From: an uncultured Methanolobus sp.
GTDB taxonomy: Archaea > Halobacteriota > Methanosarcinia > Methanosarcinales > Methanosarcinaceae
Direction: 5' to 3'
Assembly: GCA_963675495.1 (NCBI GenBank)
Contig: OY776215.1
Coordinates: forward strand, 2,272,001 to 2,336,000
Length of the DNA: 64,000 nt
Notes under the pieces: generated by a model
Seen by the model: the letters and a program-made list of their open reading frames with translations, nothing else
The model's database searches: none
Told to the model about the DNA's origin: nothing
Shown here: piece by piece, positions 10,061-21,026 of the stretch
Numbering within the stretch: position 1 is the stretch's first letter
Layout of the letters: each line of letters opens with the position of its first letter
Position numbers and translations under genes: made by a program

Positions 10061-11179
10061 TTGATGACACATGTATGCTTTATTGGTTCAGATCTCTGTC
10101 CACCATGGAATGAAGGGAGAAAGGTAGTATCAAGAAATATCATTCACTCATTAAAAGAAAACACAGATCTAGAAATCTCTGTAATTTCAGATTCTGGTAA
10201 AGATACAGATAGGATAGAAGGTATTAATTACGTTGAATCCACAAAGTTGACAACTCGTCTAAAAGGGTATGATCCTCTTTTATATCTGGATGTTGTAAGA
10301 GCGATTCATTCAGTTAACAAAAAAAATAAGATAGATGTTCTTCATTTACTTTACACTAATTTTTATACATCTTCACTTTATGGAAAATTAAACCGAATGA
10401 AAATTGTCGGGCAGTATTTTGGTAATCCTCATTTTAATTTGTTTGCTAAATATCGTGCACCAAAATTTGTAGATACCTATTTAAGTACGTCTATGGAAAG
10501 ATATTGGTTTAATGATCTAGGTATTAATAATCATCAATGCTTAAATCCTCCAATAGATACTTCTGTATATAAAAAAAGAGATAAGAGCGAGGCTCGAAGA
10601 TATTTTGATTTACCTGAGGATAAATTCATTCTTCTTTATATTGGGAATTTGGGAGCAGCTAGATTTTCTTCAGATTTCCTAAAAAGTAGTTCTTTTTTAA
10701 AGAAATCTGATAATTTAATGGTCGTGTATGGTAATTATGTCGATGGATATTGGGAGAATAACAGCTTACTCGCCGATTCAAATATTATTTTCAGGAAGCA
10801 AGTTTTGAATGAACATCAAAAATCTATGCTATATAGTGCAGCAGATGCTTTCATATTACCTTTTGCAAAAAGTGCTGCTGACTATAAAAGGGTATTCGTT
10901 ATTGATCCCCCTCTAACAATGCTGGAAGCTATGGCTTGTGAAACTCCTGTAATTGTTCCTGATATTTTTTCAATTCCCTATATAATTAAAGATTCTTCTA
11001 ATGGTTACCTGACAAAATTAGGGGATTTTAGTTCAGTTGACAATATATTAGTTGATATTTCTGAGAAAAAGAATTTGTATATAGGTCAAAATGCAAGAAG
11101 TACAATATTAGATGGTTTTTCTTTTACTGAAACAGCTTCAAAACTAACGGGAATATACAGAGATGTTTTACATGAATAA
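10061..11179 (+). CDS. Glycosyltransferase family 4
   Basis: PPWNEG N-terminus, LYSAADAFILP, PLTMLEAMACETPVI. Confidence 0.85.
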   Translation: MMTHVCFIGSDLCPPWNEGRKVVSRNIIHSLKENTDLEISVISDSGKDTDRIEGINYVESTKLTTRLKGYDPLLYLDVVRAIHSVNKKNKIDVLHLLYTNFYTSSLYGKLNRMKIVGQYFGNPHFNLFAKYRAPKFVDTYLSTSMERYWFNDLGINNHQCLNPPIDTSVYKKRDKSEARRYFDLPEDKFILLYIGNLGAARFSSDFLKSSSFLKKSDNLMVVYGNYVDGYWENNSLLADSNIIFRKQVLNEHQKSMLYSAADAFILPFAKSAADYKRVFVIDPPLTMLEAMACETPVIVPDIFSIPYIIKDSSNGYLTKLGDFSSVDNILVDISEKKNLYIGQNARSTILDGFSFTETASKLTGIYRDVLHE

Positions 11180-12836
11180 ATCAAATTTAGCTATATCTGA
11201 ACTCAAAATAATAGCTCTTCTTACTGATAGTTCAGATGATATTGAGTTGCCGGATGTTCTCCCTGTTAATTTTATAGTGGAAAACAAACTTTGCCTATTT
11301 TTGTATCAAAATTATAGAGATGTGTTTGAAAGAAAATATGATAATGAGGAATTAGCTTCTATTTGGCGTAAAGCTGAAAATATGCATTATACTCTTGATG
11401 AATTAAAAGCAGTTTCCTCCAAATTCGAAGAACATTCAATTGATTATCTTTATCTTTTTAAAGCGATAGAATCACAATGTGATAGCACTGATGTTGATAT
11501 TGTAATTGGAAATGGTGATTTTGATAAAACTTGTGCAGCACTTGAAGAAATAGGCTATTTCAGACCGCTTTATCCTTATGAAGATGATCATTTTGTTAGA
11601 TCCGAAAAGGGATATGTTGCTCAGTTAGATATTCGAACTGAAAAAGACAATATTCTTAGCCATTATCTTTTCGATGAAAAAAATAAAGATCAATTTTTGA
11701 ATCGAAGGCGAGTAAATGGCTTATATGTTCCTTCAGTTGAAGATGAGTTGATAACGTGTGTAAATCGTACGCTTGATAAAAAAGAGATTCCTCTATTGAC
11801 ATTGGTTCATATTGCTAAATTAATGGAAAGCTGCATAAGTGTAAGTGCTGTAACTACTCGAGTTTCAAAACATTGGGTATCTCCATTTTTGCAAACCTTG
11901 TTCATTATGAATAAAATCCACCAACAGATTTTTGGTATTGAGATTAATTCACCGTTAGTGCATGTTGCAAAAAAAACCTATAATGAGTCAAAAATATTAA
12001 AAATATTATTTGGTCGCGATGGTTACAAAATTAATTTTCCCTTTAAGGTAAAATCGTTTTATCATTACTGGTCCATCAGCATTTATATTAACGACTTGAA
12101 AAGCGGAAAGATGACAGATGTTTTACGTCGTTTATTCTCTATTCTATTACTAGGTAGGAATTACTTAAGACTTATATCCTGTGCAAGAAAAAAATCTCTC
12201 ATGATTTCTTTTTCAGGAATAGATGGTACAGGGAAATCCTCAAACTCTGAAAAGATGCTAAAAAGATTTAAAGATATGAGAATTCCATCTGGAAAAGCTT
12301 TGGGTCTTTGGTCTCCTAAAATATCTTATCCTTTAATGGGTTTTTTGTTCGTAACAATAGGTTGGAGGAGGAAAGATTACCGTAAAAGTACTATTCTGCG
12401 TAAATACTGGAATTACATTGTTATCCTTGATTACATATACATTTATATGAGAAGGGTGTGGCCACAGCGTTTAATTGGAAAAACTGTTTTTATGGATAAA
12501 TATACTTTTGATTTGATTACAATGCTTATTCATGACGGGTTATACTCTGAAAAGCCTTCTAATCTATTAATAAAAGCAGTTCCAAAACCTGATATCACGT
12601 TCATATTTGATATCCCTGAAGATGTTTCAACGGAAAGGAAAGATGATACTCAGGAATGGCTTGATAAACTTAGAATAGATCAAGATTTAATGGAATTCCT
12701 CAAGATAAAACGTGAAGGTTACATCAAAATAGCTAATTCATTGGATTTGCCCCTTATAGATTCGACTAGGGATTTTGATGAGGTCCATGAAGAGCTTTTT
12801 CAGCAGGTATTGGTCAGATATAGATTAGAGAATTAA
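11172..12836 (+). CDS. Nucleotidyltransferase-like domain fused to a thymidylate-kinase-like P-loop domain
   Basis: N-terminal FKAIE..STDVDIVI (DxD). C-terminal ISFSGIDGTGKS, FMDKY (DRY-like), PKPDITFIFD. Confidence 0.7.
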   Translation: MNKSNLAISELKIIALLTDSSDDIELPDVLPVNFIVENKLCLFLYQNYRDVFERKYDNEELASIWRKAENMHYTLDELKAVSSKFEEHSIDYLYLFKAIESQCDSTDVDIVIGNGDFDKTCAALEEIGYFRPLYPYEDDHFVRSEKGYVAQLDIRTEKDNILSHYLFDEKNKDQFLNRRRVNGLYVPSVEDELITCVNRTLDKKEIPLLTLVHIAKLMESCISVSAVTTRVSKHWVSPFLQTLFIMNKIHQQIFGIEINSPLVHVAKKTYNESKILKILFGRDGYKINFPFKVKSFYHYWSISIYINDLKSGKMTDVLRRLFSILLLGRNYLRLISCARKKSLMISFSGIDGTGKSSNSEKMLKRFKDMRIPSGKALGLWSPKISYPLMGFLFVTIGWRRKDYRKSTILRKYWNYIVILDYIYIYMRRVWPQRLIGKTVFMDKYTFDLITMLIHDGLYSEKPSNLLIKAVPKPDITFIFDIPEDVSTERKDDTQEWLDKLRIDQDLMEFLKIKREGYIKIANSLDLPLIDSTRDFDEVHEELFQQVLVRYRLEN

Positions 12837-12845
12837 GATGTGAAT

Positions 12846-14411
12846 TTATTGTTGATATAATTTCATAACAATATTTTTCACATTCTTTCCTTTTGTTCCA
12901 AACAGGTTAATGATAGAGTCGATAACTAAAATGTCTTCATTTTCAAATGGTTTTACTGCCAATAAGGAAACTATATAGAAGACACAAAAGATTAGCATAA
13001 TTGCTATCAAATGGAATATGGAATCCATTTCTACATAGTTTGCTACCATGTAAGATGGTATTAAAGGAATAGATGCTGCAAAAAAAAGTTTTTTGTATCT
13101 AGATATGTTAAATGATATTTTCCCTATCCTTCGAGCAAATTCTAAATTGAGTATACTTATTGTTGCCAATGAAATGCCAGTTGCAATTGCTGCTCCATTA
13201 ATTCCATATTCTGGTATTAAAAGATAGTTTAAAATCAAGTTCATTATTGCACCAAATATGCTACAGTTCATAATTATTTTAGTCCTTCCAAACGCAGTGA
13301 TGACTGAGGTAGTGGGTCCTACCAATGCAGTAATAAATATGCAAAAAGCAAGAATACTCATTGCAGTTGCTCCATACCTATACATTTCTCCAAATAGGAT
13401 TGTCAGTATTTGATTTGAGAAAATAACCATAAATAAAAATCCAGGAAATACAAGTAAAAAAATCCACTTGGTAACGGTAAAATATATTTGTTTCATATCT
13501 CCAAGCTTATTTTTTGCATATAATCCTACAATAACGGGCCCAAAAATATTTCCAAGGGGCCCAATAGGTATCCCTAACATTTTTGATGTTGGCAGTGCTG
13601 CATTATATATTCCAACTTCAAAAGCATTAGAAAAGTATCCAAGCATAAAAGTGTCCGACCAGGTAGTAACCATGTCCGTGACTCCTACAAAAATCAAAGG
13701 TACTGAAAATACTAAAAGTTCCCTATACATTGTAATATTTTTGTCTTTCCATTTCAACAGAGAATGGACTTTTGTTTCCAGAAAATAATATGAAAGTATT
13801 GACATTCCTATAATTGCAAGTACCCATCCAGAAGCAGCTCCTATCATTCCTTTTCCTAAAATAAGGAAAGCAACTATTGCTATTAACTTAAAAGAGTCCT
13901 TAAAAATATACATTGAATATATGTGGTATTGCATTTTTTGAAAACCAATTGATACTGAATTAAAAATGACTGTAAGTGTCCAGAAAGGGATTGCAATTGC
14001 AAAAATGGTTAAAATTGGTTGCATCTCAGCTTCTTGAAAAAGACGATTTGAAATCCATTCTGCATTATAAATGATGGCGGTTGTAAATAAAAAACTTAAA
14101 GGAATGCAGATTTTCAATGAAGATATAATTGTTCCATGAATTTTGTTTTCATCATTTTTGCCTACATAATAAGGGATAAATCTTTTAATCCCGCTATTTA
14201 GGCCCATTAATGAAAATGTTGCTCCTACCATCATTATAGCAAAACCCATTGAAATGAGCCCATACTCTTCGGGTCCAAGATACCTTGCTATGATCATTCT
14301 TGATAAATAACCAATTGCAGTACCTAGCATTGCACCTATAAGGCCTATGCTTGACCCTTTTGCTATGATTTTTATTGAGTCGCTTAAATCATTATTTTCT
14401 TTTTTCTGCAT
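12846..14411 (-). CDS. Wzx/AglR-like oligosaccharide flippase (MOP superfamily)
   Basis: Many TM segments; ARYLGPEEYG, DTFMLGYF..VGIYNAA, NLILNYLLIPEYGINGAAIAT. Confidence 0.92.
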   Translation of the reverse strand: MQKKENNDLSDSIKIIAKGSSIGLIGAMLGTAIGYLSRMIIARYLGPEEYGLISMGFAIMMVGATFSLMGLNSGIKRFIPYYVGKNDENKIHGTIISSLKICIPLSFLFTTAIIYNAEWISNRLFQEAEMQPILTIFAIAIPFWTLTVIFNSVSIGFQKMQYHIYSMYIFKDSFKLIAIVAFLILGKGMIGAASGWVLAIIGMSILSYYFLETKVHSLLKWKDKNITMYRELLVFSVPLIFVGVTDMVTTWSDTFMLGYFSNAFEVGIYNAALPTSKMLGIPIGPLGNIFGPVIVGLYAKNKLGDMKQIYFTVTKWIFLLVFPGFLFMVIFSNQILTILFGEMYRYGATAMSILAFCIFITALVGPTTSVITAFGRTKIIMNCSIFGAIMNLILNYLLIPEYGINGAAIATGISLATISILNLEFARRIGKISFNISRYKKLFFAASIPLIPSYMVANYVEMDSIFHLIAIMLIFCVFYIVSLLAVKPFENEDILVIDSIINLFGTKGKNVKNIVMKLYQQ

Positions 14412-15407
14412 TATTGAGTCTCTGGCACTATAGAAAAACGAATTCCTATTTTAATTTTCACATAATATCTTAATAATGATACGTATCAATTTTTATCAAA
14501 GTAATCTATTTAAGGACATTGATAAACATAGGATTTTCACAGATATATATTTGTGTTTCATATTTTTACTATTTAAGCGGAATTTTAATTTTAATTTCAA
14601 TTTCTTTATATCTGAAGTTTGACGGATTTTACTCATTGTTGGCGGAAATATATTCAAGTTCGGCATAAAAAATTTAGATTCTATCAAAAAATGCAACATA
14701 TAGTTAAAATAAAACAGTACATTTTCATCCAAATCACTAAAAAAAGCGTATTGGAGTTGACAATTACCGTCAATTTCAGTATCGTTTTCAATATGCATTC
14801 TTCTGGCTATCTTTTTAGTATTCTTCATGTAGTTATAGGCGAAACATAAACATTTAACATGTTTCCCCATCTACAATTAGTTATTAGAACAAAGAGAATA
14901 TCATTGATGACCTTACGGCCAGCAGTTATCTTTCGTCATTTTATTGGCTTTGGTGGAAAAAACGTTTAACCTACTTCCAGTGTTAATCAGGGAATTCTCT
15001 GAACTCCATTCAAACCCAATATATCATTATTGTATGCTGTACTTTTGAAATGAGTTCAATTATAGGTATGAATGTCTGGTTTTCCTGAATAAGGTAGTGC
15101 TGGACCAACAAATATTAAGTACTGTTATACAAAAAATAATAATTGTCTTCATGCTTTCTTGTAGTAAATAATAGCTAGGTTCTTGTCCCTTTAAATGATT
15201 GTATTTAAATAATATAAAAAATAGGTTTTTACAGCCGAAATTGAGGTTATTACGTAAAATTGGAAGTTAGGTAGAATTCAATTATTTAGTGTCCATTCTT
15301 ATTCTTGGATTAAATATATTTACAGACCGTTTACTCAATTTTTAAGTACTATTAACTCAATCATATCAAAAAATCAACCACCCCATCTACTTCTACAACG
15401 TGATCGT

Positions 15408-16256
15408 ATGTCATACAAAATTATCGAAAAAGAGGAACTAGCTCCTAATGTGCACCAGATGAAAATTCTGGCACTTGATGTTGCTAAAGCTGCAAAGGCA
15501 GGTCAGTTCATTATACTACGTATTGATGAGACCAGTGAAAGAATACCACTAACAATTGCTGATTTTGATGCAACTGAAGGTACAATCACAATAATCTTCC
15601 AGGAAATGGGCAAGACTACAAAAAAGCTTGCAAAGCTGACAACTTCAGATGAACTTCAGGATTTTGTTGGTCCTCTTGGAACACCTGCTGATGTGAGGGA
15701 ACTCGGCACAGTTATCCTTGTAGGCGGTGGAATCGGTATAGCTCCTATATATCCACAGGCTAAGGCATACCGCAAGGCTGGTAACAAAGTAATATCCGTG
15801 ATCGGTGCGAGGAATGAAACCCTCCTTATCTTCGAAGACGAGATGAAGGCCGAAAGCGATGAGCTCCATGTTGCAACAGATGATGGTTCTAAAGGTCACC
15901 ACGGCTTTGTGACCGACGTTGTAAAGAATATTCTTGACAGCGGTGAAAAGGTCGCAAGGGTAGTTGTCATAGGCCCTCCAATTCTCATGCGTGTGGCAGC
16001 AGGTATGCTGGAGCCTTATGGTGTGGAAACACTTGTAAGCCTTAATCCTATAATGATTGATGGTACGGGTATGTGCGGTGGATGCAGGGTTTCTGTGGGC
16101 GGCGAGACAAAGTTCGCTTGCGTGGATGGTCCTGAATTTGATGCGCATAAAGTAGATTTCAATCTTTTGATGAGCCGACTTGCTCTTTACAAGGATGAAG
16201 AAGCAAAGTGTCTTGATAATCATAACCACAAATGCACCTGCAGGGGCGAGAACTAA
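15408..16256 (+). CDS. sudB: Sulfide/dihydroorotate dehydrogenase-like FAD/NAD-binding subunit (SudB/NfnA)
   Basis: GQFIILR, ERIPLTIAD, GPLG, GGGIG, DGTGMCGGCRV..FACVDGPEFD. Confidence 0.9.
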   Translation: MSYKIIEKEELAPNVHQMKILALDVAKAAKAGQFIILRIDETSERIPLTIADFDATEGTITIIFQEMGKTTKKLAKLTTSDELQDFVGPLGTPADVRELGTVILVGGGIGIAPIYPQAKAYRKAGNKVISVIGARNETLLIFEDEMKAESDELHVATDDGSKGHHGFVTDVVKNILDSGEKVARVVVIGPPILMRVAAGMLEPYGVETLVSLNPIMIDGTGMCGGCRVSVGGETKFACVDGPEFDAHKVDFNLLMSRLALYKDEEAKCLDNHNHKCTCRGEN

Positions 16257-17626
16257 TGGTTGGAAGACAGGCAATGCCATTACAGGACCCTAAAGACAGG
16301 GCACAAAACTTCAATGAAGTTGCACTGGGTTATAATGATGAACAGGCACTTGCTGAAGCTTCAAGATGTCTTGAGTGCAAGAACCCTAAATGTGTGGACG
16401 GATGTCCTGTAAATATCGATATACCTGGTTTTATTGCCAGTATAAAGGAAGGGGAGCTTGACAGGGCGATAGATACTATTAAACTTACCAATGCACTTCC
16501 TTCAGTATGTGGACGTGTCTGTCCTCAGGAAGCCCAGTGTGAACTACACTGTATACTCGCAAAGAAGAGTAAGCCTGTTGCAATCGGACGGCTCGAACGT
16601 TTCTGTGCAGACTACGAGAGGAAAAGAGGTGTAACTCCTCCTGTGCGTGCTGAGTCTACAGGTAAAAAAGTTGCAGTTATCGGTGCCGGACCTGCAGGTC
16701 TTACGGCAGCAGCAGACCTTGCAAAAGAAGGCCATGAAGTTACAATATTCGAATCACTTCATGATACTGGCGGCGTACTGACCTATGGAATTCCTGAATT
16801 CAGGCTTCCAAAGGCAATAGTAAAGGAAGAAGTTGAATACATAAAACAGCTTGGCGTTGAAGTTAAGGTTGATTATGTCATTGGGAAAATAAAGACCCTG
16901 GATGAACTTGCAAATGCATTCGATGCTGTTTTCCTTGGGACCGGTGCGGGATTGCCAAGATTCATGGGTATTGAAGGCGAGAATCTCAATGGTGTTTACT
17001 CTGCAAACGAGTTCCTGACCAGGGTTAACCTGATGAAAGCATACCAGTTCCCAAATTATGATACACCTATTAAAAGAGGGAAGAAGGTCATTGTAGTTGG
17101 TGGCGGTAATGTTGCAATGGATGCTGCACGCAGTGCACTTCGCCTTGGTGCTGATGAGGTAAGTATAGTATACCGTCGAAGCGAGGCCGAACTCCCTGCA
17201 AGGAAGGAAGAGGTGGAGAACGCAAAGGAAGAAGGTATTGTGTTCAGACTGCTCAGCAACCCTGTTCGTATTCTTGAAGGCGAGAACATGACAGTCAATG
17301 GTGTGGAATGCATCAGGATGGAGCTTGGAGAGCCTGATGAGTCTGGACGCAGAAGCCCTGTTCCTGTGGAAGGTTCTGAACATGTAGTAGATGCTGATAT
17401 TGTTATCATAGCCATAGGTACATCACCCAATCCTATGATATTCTCAGGTTCAACCGGTCTGGAAACCAATTCAAGAGGGACCATTATAGTTGATGATTCC
17501 GGCAAGACCTCTCTTGACAATGTCTATGCAGGCGGGGATGCTGTGACTGGTGCTGCAACGGTTATTAGTGCCATGGGAGCAGGCAAGATCGCTGCACATG
17601 CCATAAATGAGTATCTGACTGACTAA
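16256..17626 (+). CDS. sudA: SudA/NfnB (often annotated NADPH-dependent glutamate synthase, gltA)
   Basis: RCLECKNPKCVDGCPV, CGRVCPQEAQCE, GAGPAGL, GGGNVAMD, AGGDAVTG. ATG 16256 overlaps the sudB stop (TAATG). Confidence 0.9.
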   Translation: MVGRQAMPLQDPKDRAQNFNEVALGYNDEQALAEASRCLECKNPKCVDGCPVNIDIPGFIASIKEGELDRAIDTIKLTNALPSVCGRVCPQEAQCELHCILAKKSKPVAIGRLERFCADYERKRGVTPPVRAESTGKKVAVIGAGPAGLTAAADLAKEGHEVTIFESLHDTGGVLTYGIPEFRLPKAIVKEEVEYIKQLGVEVKVDYVIGKIKTLDELANAFDAVFLGTGAGLPRFMGIEGENLNGVYSANEFLTRVNLMKAYQFPNYDTPIKRGKKVIVVGGGNVAMDAARSALRLGADEVSIVYRRSEAELPARKEEVENAKEEGIVFRLLSNPVRILEGENMTVNGVECIRMELGEPDESGRRSPVPVEGSEHVVDADIVIIAIGTSPNPMIFSGSTGLETNSRGTIIVDDSGKTSLDNVYAGGDAVTGAATVISAMGAGKIAAHAINEYLTD

Positions 17627-17634
17627 TTTTGATG

Positions 17635-17661
17635 TCCGGCTTTGTCCGGAACCTTTTTTTT
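17635..17661 (+). terminator. Hairpin + T-tract after sudA
   Basis: TCCGG-ctttgt-CCGGA followed by a T run. Confidence 0.55.
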
Positions 17662-17704
17662 ATTATTTTTCTCCTGAACATCTTTTTAAGCTGGTATACG
17701 CTAA

Positions 17705-19741
17705 ATGGTATCAATGAAAAAAGGCAGTTCATTTTCAAGTAGATCAAAAAGGTCACATCTGAAAAGTGTGAACAATTCTTCTGACAGAAACAAAGTTTCT
17801 GGGGACAAGATGCCAAAGAAGAGTCCTACTCAAAAAAAGCCAGGGCAGAGGTATGCGAGTAACGAGAAAGACTATATTTTCTGGTGCAAGGGCTGCAATG
17901 TTCCGCTTATAGAAAAAGGCTGTAATACTTGTGGAAAAGAAGGTGAAAAGATAAACCTTTCTCAACCTGCGGATGTGCGATTTTGTTCTCCTTATGAACG
18001 AAGTATCCTTCATGAGCTGCTTTTATCTTCATTTGCCTGTGATCCTTTCGGTGAAAGGGTCATTCTCCTGAATAAAATCCCTGGGGACGACAAGACAGAT
18101 GAGGTCATAGTTGACGGATTGTTTTTTGGAATCTTACGTTTTGATATGCAAAAAATGGATTATGCTTTCGAACCATCGGTTTTAGGTGCACACTTACTTC
18201 AGGAGCATACTCACCAAAAAACCATAGTCCTGAAAAAGAATTCCAGGCACCTTAACGGAAAAAAGGTAAATTTTGATCTGGTGGAATCCATTTCTTCCGA
18301 TGTCCGGAAAAACGATATTGTGCTTGTAAGGTCTGGAAAGCTTAGAGGGTTTGGGATAGCATACTGTGAGGCAAAGGATGCATCTTCTATAGAGGGCCCA
18401 GTACTGAGGGTTCGAAAGATCGATTCACAGCAGGTTTTTTTGAATGTAAAGGTTGCCACAATGGATGATGTAGTGGCTTCAAACGTTGTTCATATACGCA
18501 AGATCGGCAAGAATGCCATCAACACAATAAAAGGCATTGCAAACCAGAAGGATTACAAAAATCTACCTGTCAATGTATCATTCAGTGGTGGAAAGGATAG
18601 TCTTGTGATACTTGACCTGACCATTAGCGCACTTAAGAACAGGAAAGTTCAGGCATTTTTCCTCAATACCGGTATTGAGTTCCCTGAAACTGTGGATTTT
18701 GCTCACAAATATTGCAGGGATAACAACATCGAACTGATAGAAAAAAGGGCAGTTTCTGATTTCTGGGACAATGTGGATGCATTTGGTCCTCCTGCAAAGG
18801 ATTTTCGTTGGTGCTGTAAAATATGCAAACTTGCTCCTGCGAATGCAGCTATCGAGGAGTGTCTCGAGGAAGCTCCCACATGCATAACCGTAGATGGGAA
18901 AAGAAGGTATGAGTCATTTTCCAGAGCTAATATTTCCACAAGTGAAAAAAATCCTTTCGTTCCGGGTCAGCTTAATATTTTTCCTATAAAAGACTGGAAA
19001 GCAATAGAGGTCTGGCTGTACATCTATTGGAGAAAGCTCGAATACAACCCGCTTTATGACCTTGGGTTTGAACGGGTAGGGTGTTATTTGTGCCCTGCCG
19101 CCCTTTCGGCAGAATATGATCGTTTAAAGGACCTGCATCCTCAGTTACATGAGCGTTGGGAATCATTCCTTATGCAGTGGGCAGAAAAGAATGGGCTGTC
19201 TGAGCAATTCATTGAGCATGGTTTGTGGAGATGGAAGGAACTTCCCCCCAAGATGATAAAACTCTGCGAGGAAATGGGAATCTCTCCGTCAGCAAGTGTT
19301 AGTAATTCATCGTTCGGTGTAAATATCACTTCAGGAATCTCTCCATGTAAAGCTGGAGGTTATAGTATTGAAGCCTCGATACATGGATTTTCAATGAAAC
19401 GAACCATGAATGTCATGAACATTATTGGAAAGATGGTTTTTTCAGAAGAGCTTGGTCTTCTGATGCTAAAGACTGATTCCTCTACTGTAAAAATATTTTC
19501 ATCCGGCAGCCTTGTAATAAATTCTGAAAATAAGGATGTTGCAGATTCTCTTTTCAAGGAGGTCTCAAGCCAGCTGTTAAAGGCTCATAAGTGTACAGGA
19601 TGTGGTATATGCCTTAAAGCATGCCCTGTAAGTGCTATTACTATCAAAGATGGCTCTGTGCAGATAGATGATAGTTGCATCAGGTGTGGCAAATGCACGG
19701 ATTCATGCGTAGTACTCAAATATGCAAGCAAATTATCCTGA
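17705..19741 (+). CDS. Phosphoadenosine phosphosulfate reductase family protein with Zn-ribbon, PUA-like and C-terminal 4Fe-4S domains
   Basis: WCKGCNVP..CNTC, SFSGGKDS, RWCCKICK, RVGCYLCP, CTGCGICLKACP/CIRCGKCTDSC. True start may be ATG 17810. Confidence 0.88.
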   Translation: MVSMKKGSSFSSRSKRSHLKSVNNSSDRNKVSGDKMPKKSPTQKKPGQRYASNEKDYIFWCKGCNVPLIEKGCNTCGKEGEKINLSQPADVRFCSPYERSILHELLLSSFACDPFGERVILLNKIPGDDKTDEVIVDGLFFGILRFDMQKMDYAFEPSVLGAHLLQEHTHQKTIVLKKNSRHLNGKKVNFDLVESISSDVRKNDIVLVRSGKLRGFGIAYCEAKDASSIEGPVLRVRKIDSQQVFLNVKVATMDDVVASNVVHIRKIGKNAINTIKGIANQKDYKNLPVNVSFSGGKDSLVILDLTISALKNRKVQAFFLNTGIEFPETVDFAHKYCRDNNIELIEKRAVSDFWDNVDAFGPPAKDFRWCCKICKLAPANAAIEECLEEAPTCITVDGKRRYESFSRANISTSEKNPFVPGQLNIFPIKDWKAIEVWLYIYWRKLEYNPLYDLGFERVGCYLCPAALSAEYDRLKDLHPQLHERWESFLMQWAEKNGLSEQFIEHGLWRWKELPPKMIKLCEEMGISPSASVSNSSFGVNITSGISPCKAGGYSIEASIHGFSMKRTMNVMNIIGKMVFSEELGLLMLKTDSSTVKIFSSGSLVINSENKDVADSLFKEVSSQLLKAHKCTGCGICLKACPVSAITIKDGSVQIDDSCIRCGKCTDSCVVLKYASKLS

Positions 19742-19817
19742 GCTATATGTATTGTTTTTTACGGTGAGTTATTAATAGGTTAGTATATTATATAAATAAA
19801 AAAAGAACGGTTGAAGG

Positions 19818-20909
19818 GTGAAAATGGTTACAACAGGAAAGGATGGTCTTTCACGAATAATAGACAGCAAGTGGAAATTAGTTTCTCTTGTGGCAATTTT
19901 TTTCCTGTCTGTTCTATTCGTGTACATACTTTTTCCTTTGGCCGATGGTATCGTTCTTGGTCTTGTATTCGCTTATATTGCCCGTCCGATTTTCGTAAAA
20001 ATGAAAAGATTCAGGAAGATTGCCGCTCTTGTGGCAACTATGTGCATAGTTGTTCCTGTTGTTTTCATAATAGGTTCCGGAATTGTGGAAATACTTCGTC
20101 AGATAGTATGGATAATTGAGAATCAGGCGTATGTCATCAATACAACATTTGATTTTTTCAGGTCCATAGACATACCAGAAAGGTACAGTGCCGATGTACA
20201 ACAAATGGTATGGAATATATCAACATCTTTTTTTCCACTGCTTAGCAGGATTGGAATTATATCCTATGCCCAAAACCTGATGATGTTCGCTATAAACCTG
20301 CTTATTGCAATATTCCTCTGTTACTTTTTACTTGCAGATGGTAACAGTCTTTATAATTCCGTATTGCGGGTGGTTCCAGCCGAACATAAGTCTGCAGCAG
20401 TTCGATATATATTCCATCTTGATGTTATCCTGCAGGGCGTTTTCATAGGGAACGCATCAGCTGCATTGATTGCCAGTGTCCTTTCCCTGATAGTTTTCTA
20501 TGCATTCGGTTTTAGCCATATACTTGCTCTGTCAGCTCTTATATTTGTAGCATCTGTTATTCCTCTGTTTGCCGGTTACATGGTTTTGCTTGTTTTGTGC
20601 TTATATCGTTATCTGGGTCAGGGACTTGAAAGTGCTATTGTGTTTTTCGTAGTTTCATCCATAATCATCTATGGTCCGCCAGAACTCTTCCTGCGTCCTT
20701 ACCTTGCAAGTATAAAGTCTCAAATACATCCTTTCCTTATTCTTCTGGCATTTGCAGGTGGTGCATTTGTAGGTGGTATTGCAGGTTTCTTCATGGCTCC
20801 TATTGTGCTGGGCGCAATAATTGCAGCATACCGGGTATATACGGGTAATAATGGACCGGTTTGTGTTCAGAAGGGTGCCCCTTTCTGTGAGAAAGAAGTT
20901 AAAAAGTGA
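19818..20909 (+). CDS. AI-2E family transporter (UPF0118)
   Basis: Multi-TM; YFLLADG, LRPYL, IHPFLILLAFAGG...GFFMAP. Confidence 0.85.
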   Translation: MKMVTTGKDGLSRIIDSKWKLVSLVAIFFLSVLFVYILFPLADGIVLGLVFAYIARPIFVKMKRFRKIAALVATMCIVVPVVFIIGSGIVEILRQIVWIIENQAYVINTTFDFFRSIDIPERYSADVQQMVWNISTSFFPLLSRIGIISYAQNLMMFAINLLIAIFLCYFLLADGNSLYNSVLRVVPAEHKSAAVRYIFHLDVILQGVFIGNASAALIASVLSLIVFYAFGFSHILALSALIFVASVIPLFAGYMVLLVLCLYRYLGQGLESAIVFFVVSSIIIYGPPELFLRPYLASIKSQIHPFLILLAFAGGAFVGGIAGFFMAPIVLGAIIAAYRVYTGNNGPVCVQKGAPFCEKEVKK

Positions 20910-21026
20910 CAACTTTTTTAAAACGCTTTGCTTTCTGTTCTCTGACCTGTATTTGTTCTTGAAAACTCGAAAAAGGTTATTAACGATTGGTCTAATTAAG
21001 ATAGCAGATATCACAAAGGTGAATTT

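Noticed and set aside
14496-14870. 124-aa minus and 76-aa plus ORFs
   Set aside because: No recognisable motif and an atypical composition in very AT-rich DNA; probably spurious or eroded.
19811-20119. Cys-rich 102-aa ORF overlapping AI-2E
   Set aside because: Alternative frame of a hydrophobic gene; the Cys richness is a codon artefact.
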